Shown here: positions 62,041 through 64,000 of the stretch, in pieces
Numbering within the stretch: the stretch's first letter is position 1
Layout of the letters: every line of letters begins with the position of its first letter
Source: Acidobacteriota bacterium
GTDB taxonomy: Bacteria; Acidobacteriota; Vicinamibacteria; Vicinamibacterales; UBA2999
Direction of reading: 5' to 3'
DNA: 64,000 bases
NCBI GenBank assembly: GCA_030697165.1
Contig: JAUYQQ010000004.1
Location: forward strand, 205,390 to 269,389
Translations under genes and position numbers: made by a program
The notes under the pieces: generated by a model
Seen by the model: the letters and a program-made list of their open reading frames with translations, nothing else
The model's database searches: none
What the model was told of the DNA's origin: nothing

Positions 62041-62043
62041 GCT

Positions 62044-62313
62044 CTAGATGCCGTGACCGTAACCGGAATCGTGGCCGAAGCCCGAGTCGAACACATCGAC
62101 ATACACCGGCATTGGCGTCACGACCGGCTCGGCGGTCTGGCGCGGCGCGGGTGAATCGACCATCAGGATGACGGCGCGCACGCCGGCGGCCTGATGCGTG
62201 CGCACCGCGCGCTCGACCGCCTGGCACAGTGAGGCGAGGGCCGCATCATTGCGGTCAGGCTCCTGCATTCGTCCGTTCACCCACACCTTAGGATTGCTAC
62301 TACTGCCGTCCAT
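62044..62313 (-). CDS. hypothetical small protein
   Basis: ATG at 62313 lies 7 nt after AAGGGGA. Product MDGSSSNPKVWVNGRMQEPDRND... ends in a Gly/His/Asp/Ser-rich tail. Confidence 0.4.
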   Translation of the reverse strand: MDGSSSNPKVWVNGRMQEPDRNDAALASLCQAVERAVRTHQAAGVRAVILMVDSPAPRQTAEPVVTPMPVYVDVFDSGFGHDSGYGHGI

Positions 62314-62333
62314 GATCACTTCCCCTTATCGGC

Positions 62334-62390
62334 GCAATCGCCAAATCAATAAATCCGAACCAAATCACCAAATCGCCAAATCGCCAAATA
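62334..62390. repeat. tandem or degenerate 8-bp repeats CCAAATC(A/G) upstream of gene 62044..62313
   Basis: gcaatcg ccaaatca ataaatcc gaa ccaaatca ccaaatcg ccaaatcg ccaaata, read directly. Confidence 0.85.
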
Positions 62391-62421
62391 GAAAAGGCCA
62401 TCCCCTTGCGGGTGATGGCCT
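62384..62421 (-). terminator. Rho-independent-like terminator for minus-strand transcripts
   Basis: Stem aggccatcccc / gggtgatggcct (62395-62421) with loop ttgc, followed on the minus strand by TTTTCTATTTGG. Confidence 0.4.
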
Positions 62422-62595
62422 CTTAAGGAACTTGCTGGTTCGGCTTGAGTTACATCATCCCGCGGTCGCGACAGGTCGAAGGCCAATAAGCCCCAGGAGG
62501 CCAATAAGGCTCCGCAGCGAAAGGCGAACGAAGAGTCGAACGGCGGCCATGTGTAAGCAGAGCTTATCGAACGGAGCCGAGACAGGTCAAGTCTC

Positions 62596-63768
62596 TTATG
62601 GCCTCGGATACCGCTTGAGGATCTCGCGCAGCCGGTCGATCGGCAACGCCTCGACGGTGCCGCTCCGGCTGGTCACCGTCGTCGCCTTGAGGAGCGAGTT
62701 GTAAACCGCCTCTTCGGTGGCTTCGAGGGCGGCCTGGAACAGCGCCGACACCCCGTCGGTCGGCAACAGGGTCCTGGCCTGGGGAACTGAAGACCCGAAC
62801 CGGGTTCGCAGGTCGGGCGCCGTCGTAAAGGCAATGGCGAAGTCGCCGCTGCCGTTGCTGTACGACGAACCGGTCCGCGCCAGGCCGTAAATGGCCCTGG
62901 CCGCCACGCGCTTCAGGTCGCGGGCGTCGAGCGGCGCGTCGGTCGCGACGACGATCATGCAGGAACCGTCGCCGAACCCGTCCCCGTTGGTGGAGGCAAC
63001 CCCTTCGTGGGGTTGCCTGGCAGCCTTTGGTTGATAGGCATACCGCCCGAGCAACTGCCCCACGGGCGCGCCGCCCATCGTCAGCACGCCGCCGTAGTTG
63101 GATTGCACGATCACGCCGAGCGTGTAGCCGCCCTGCGCCGCCGGCAACTTGCGCGAGGCCGTGCCCATGCCGCCCTTCCAGCCAAAGGCCTGCGTGCCCG
63201 TGCCCGCGCCGACGCTGCCTTCAGGCACCGCGCCGGTCGTCGCGGCCTTGAGCGCCTCGAGCACGTGCTGGGGCCGCACGTGCTGCCCGCGAATGTCGTT
63301 GAGGCCGCTGTCGTTGGTCTCCCCCACCAGGGCGTTCACCGAGCGCACGTTCTGGTTGCCCGGCTGATCGAGGGTCCAGCGCACGAGCCCATCCATGGCG
63401 GCACCGACGCCAAGGGTGTTCGTGAGCGCGATCGGCGTCTCGATCGTGCCGAGCTCCTCGACCTGCGTCGAGCCGGCCAGCTTGCCAAACGCGTTGCCGA
63501 TAAAGACGGCGCCTGGCACCTTGTCCTGGAACACGTTGCCGGCATGGGGCACGACCACGGTCACCCCGGTGCGGACGTGATCGCCGACGACCAGCGTGGT
63601 GTGTCCGACGCTGACCCCGGCGACGTCGGTGATCGCATTGAGCGGCCCGGTCGCGAACACACCCGGCGCCAACCCGATATCCCGCGCCCGCGGCCGGGCA
63701 TCAGACTGCGCCAGCGCGCCTGCCAGGCCGAACACCGACAACGTCACGATGAGTGAGAAATGTTTCAT
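62596..63768 (-). CDS. secreted DmpA / peptidase S58 family (L-aminopeptidase/D-esterase-like)
   Basis: Start set at MKHFSLIVTLSVFGLAGALAQ (signal peptide). ...ITDVAGVSVGH...VGETNDSGLNDI...GAGTGTQAFGWKGGMGTAS...VVATDAPL.... Confidence 0.8.
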   Translation of the reverse strand: MKHFSLIVTLSVFGLAGALAQSDARPRARDIGLAPGVFATGPLNAITDVAGVSVGHTTLVVGDHVRTGVTVVVPHAGNVFQDKVPGAVFIGNAFGKLAGSTQVEELGTIETPIALTNTLGVGAAMDGLVRWTLDQPGNQNVRSVNALVGETNDSGLNDIRGQHVRPQHVLEALKAATTGAVPEGSVGAGTGTQAFGWKGGMGTASRKLPAAQGGYTLGVIVQSNYGGVLTMGGAPVGQLLGRYAYQPKAARQPHEGVASTNGDGFGDGSCMIVVATDAPLDARDLKRVAARAIYGLARTGSSYSNGSGDFAIAFTTAPDLRTRFGSSVPQARTLLPTDGVSALFQAALEATEEAVYNSLLKATTVTSRSGTVEALPIDRLREILKRYPRP

Positions 63769-63773
63769 GTGTG

Positions 63774-63890
63774 AGCACCCTGGCACCATTGGCACCCCTG
63801 GCACCGTAGGCACCGTAGGCACCGTAGGCACCGTAGGCACCGTAGGCACCTTAGGCACCTTAGGCACCTTAGGCACCTTAGGCACCTTAG
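63774..63890. repeat. tandem 9-bp repeat array (about 13 units), starting 6 nt upstream of the peptidase start codon
   Basis: On the plus strand, in gcaccNNNg register: gcaccattg, gcacccctg, gcaccgtag x5, gcaccttag x5, plus one degenerate unit. On the minus strand the units read TAAGGTGCC x5, then TACGGTGCC x5, and so on. Confidence 0.95.
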
Positions 63891-63919
63891 CTCTTGAATG
63901 ATACGATTTTCCCGGTTGC

Positions 63920-64000
63920 ATGCGGCAAATCCCCATCGAAGCCATCGACGAAGCCGCGCGGCACGTCTACGACGCCGCCGTTCGCACCCCGCTTGTCAGG
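63920..64000 (+). CDS. PLP-dependent threonine/serine dehydratase-like protein, N-terminal fragment (runs off the window)
   Basis: ATG at 63920: MRQIPIEAIDEAARHVYDAAVRTPLVR.... This is the typical N-terminus of IlvA/TdcB-type enzymes, but only 27 codons are visible. Confidence 0.35.
   Translation, partial: MRQIPIEAIDEAARHVYDAAVRTPLVR

Noticed and set aside
63774-63890. Possible CRISPR array
   Set aside because: The units are 9 bp and directly abutting, with no spacers, and no cas genes are nearby. This is a simple tandem repeat.
63769-63945. N-terminal extension of the peptidase ORF encoding MASMGICRMQPGKSYHSRA(KVP)5(TVP)5...
   Set aside because: The signal peptide MKHFSLIVTLSVFGLAGALAQ must be N-terminal to function, and a GGGTG SD-like element precedes its ATG. 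The open frame upstream is a by-product of the 9-bp (3-codon) repeat periodicity.

Overview
High-GC bacterial chromosome segment. No database search or tool was run; every call comes from reading the ORF translations, motifs and the DNA itself. The centre of the window (5040-53432, about 48.4 kb) is a complete-looking temperate, siphovirus-type prophage. It is inserted in a tRNA-Leu(CAG) gene and bounded by exact 58-bp direct repeats that correspond to the 3' part of the tRNA. Left host flank: an aminotransferase with a twin-arginine signal, a small membrane protein, udk (apparent 1-nt frameshift at its 5' end), a C-terminal gene remnant, and two convergent PLD-type cardiolipin synthase paralogues. 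Right host flank: a LysR regulator, a leuA(short)-leuB-leuC-leuD-ilvB-ilvN-ilvC operon, a small ORF, a secreted DmpA/S58-type peptidase, and the start of a threonine-dehydratase-like gene. Prophage, lysogeny side (plus strand): integrase, CI-type S24 repressor, secreted cargo genes and TcmP, with a convergent DUF5131 gene on the minus strand. Prophage, early operon (minus strand): Cro-like, CII-like and Xis-like genes, an SSAP plus SbcCD-like recombination module, a DUF1376 replication protein with internal ori-like repeats, VRR-NUC plus SF2 helicase, a ParB-like protein, many small Zn-ribbon, wHTH and TM proteins, and a HerA/FtsK-like ATPase with two C-terminal wHTH repeats. Prophage, late operon (minus strand): ParB-MTase fusion, TerS candidate, TerL, portal, MuF, scaffold, capsid, connectors, two tail-tube paralogues, G/GT chaperones with an A_AAA_AAC slippery site, tape measure, tail and fibre genes, a TM-PAS protein, GH24 endolysin, a lipoprotein, a serine hydrolase and a secreted nuclease. 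Items most worth a second look: (1) a single-TM PAS-domain protein sitting in the holin slot; (2) a perfect (CTGA)9 tetranucleotide microsatellite that fills a gene junction in the early operon; (3) a TcmP/DUF5131 (three-Cys-motif) pair next to the integrase with a 144-nt convergent overlap; (4) a HerA-like ATPase with duplicated wHTH; (5) palindromic iterons plus an AT-rich tract inside the replication gene; (6) a secreted 8-Cys microprotein in the repressor-side operon; (7) a recurring class of 7-9 bp tandem repeats filling host intergenic spacers, including a 12-13 unit 9-bp array directly upstream of the peptidase gene.
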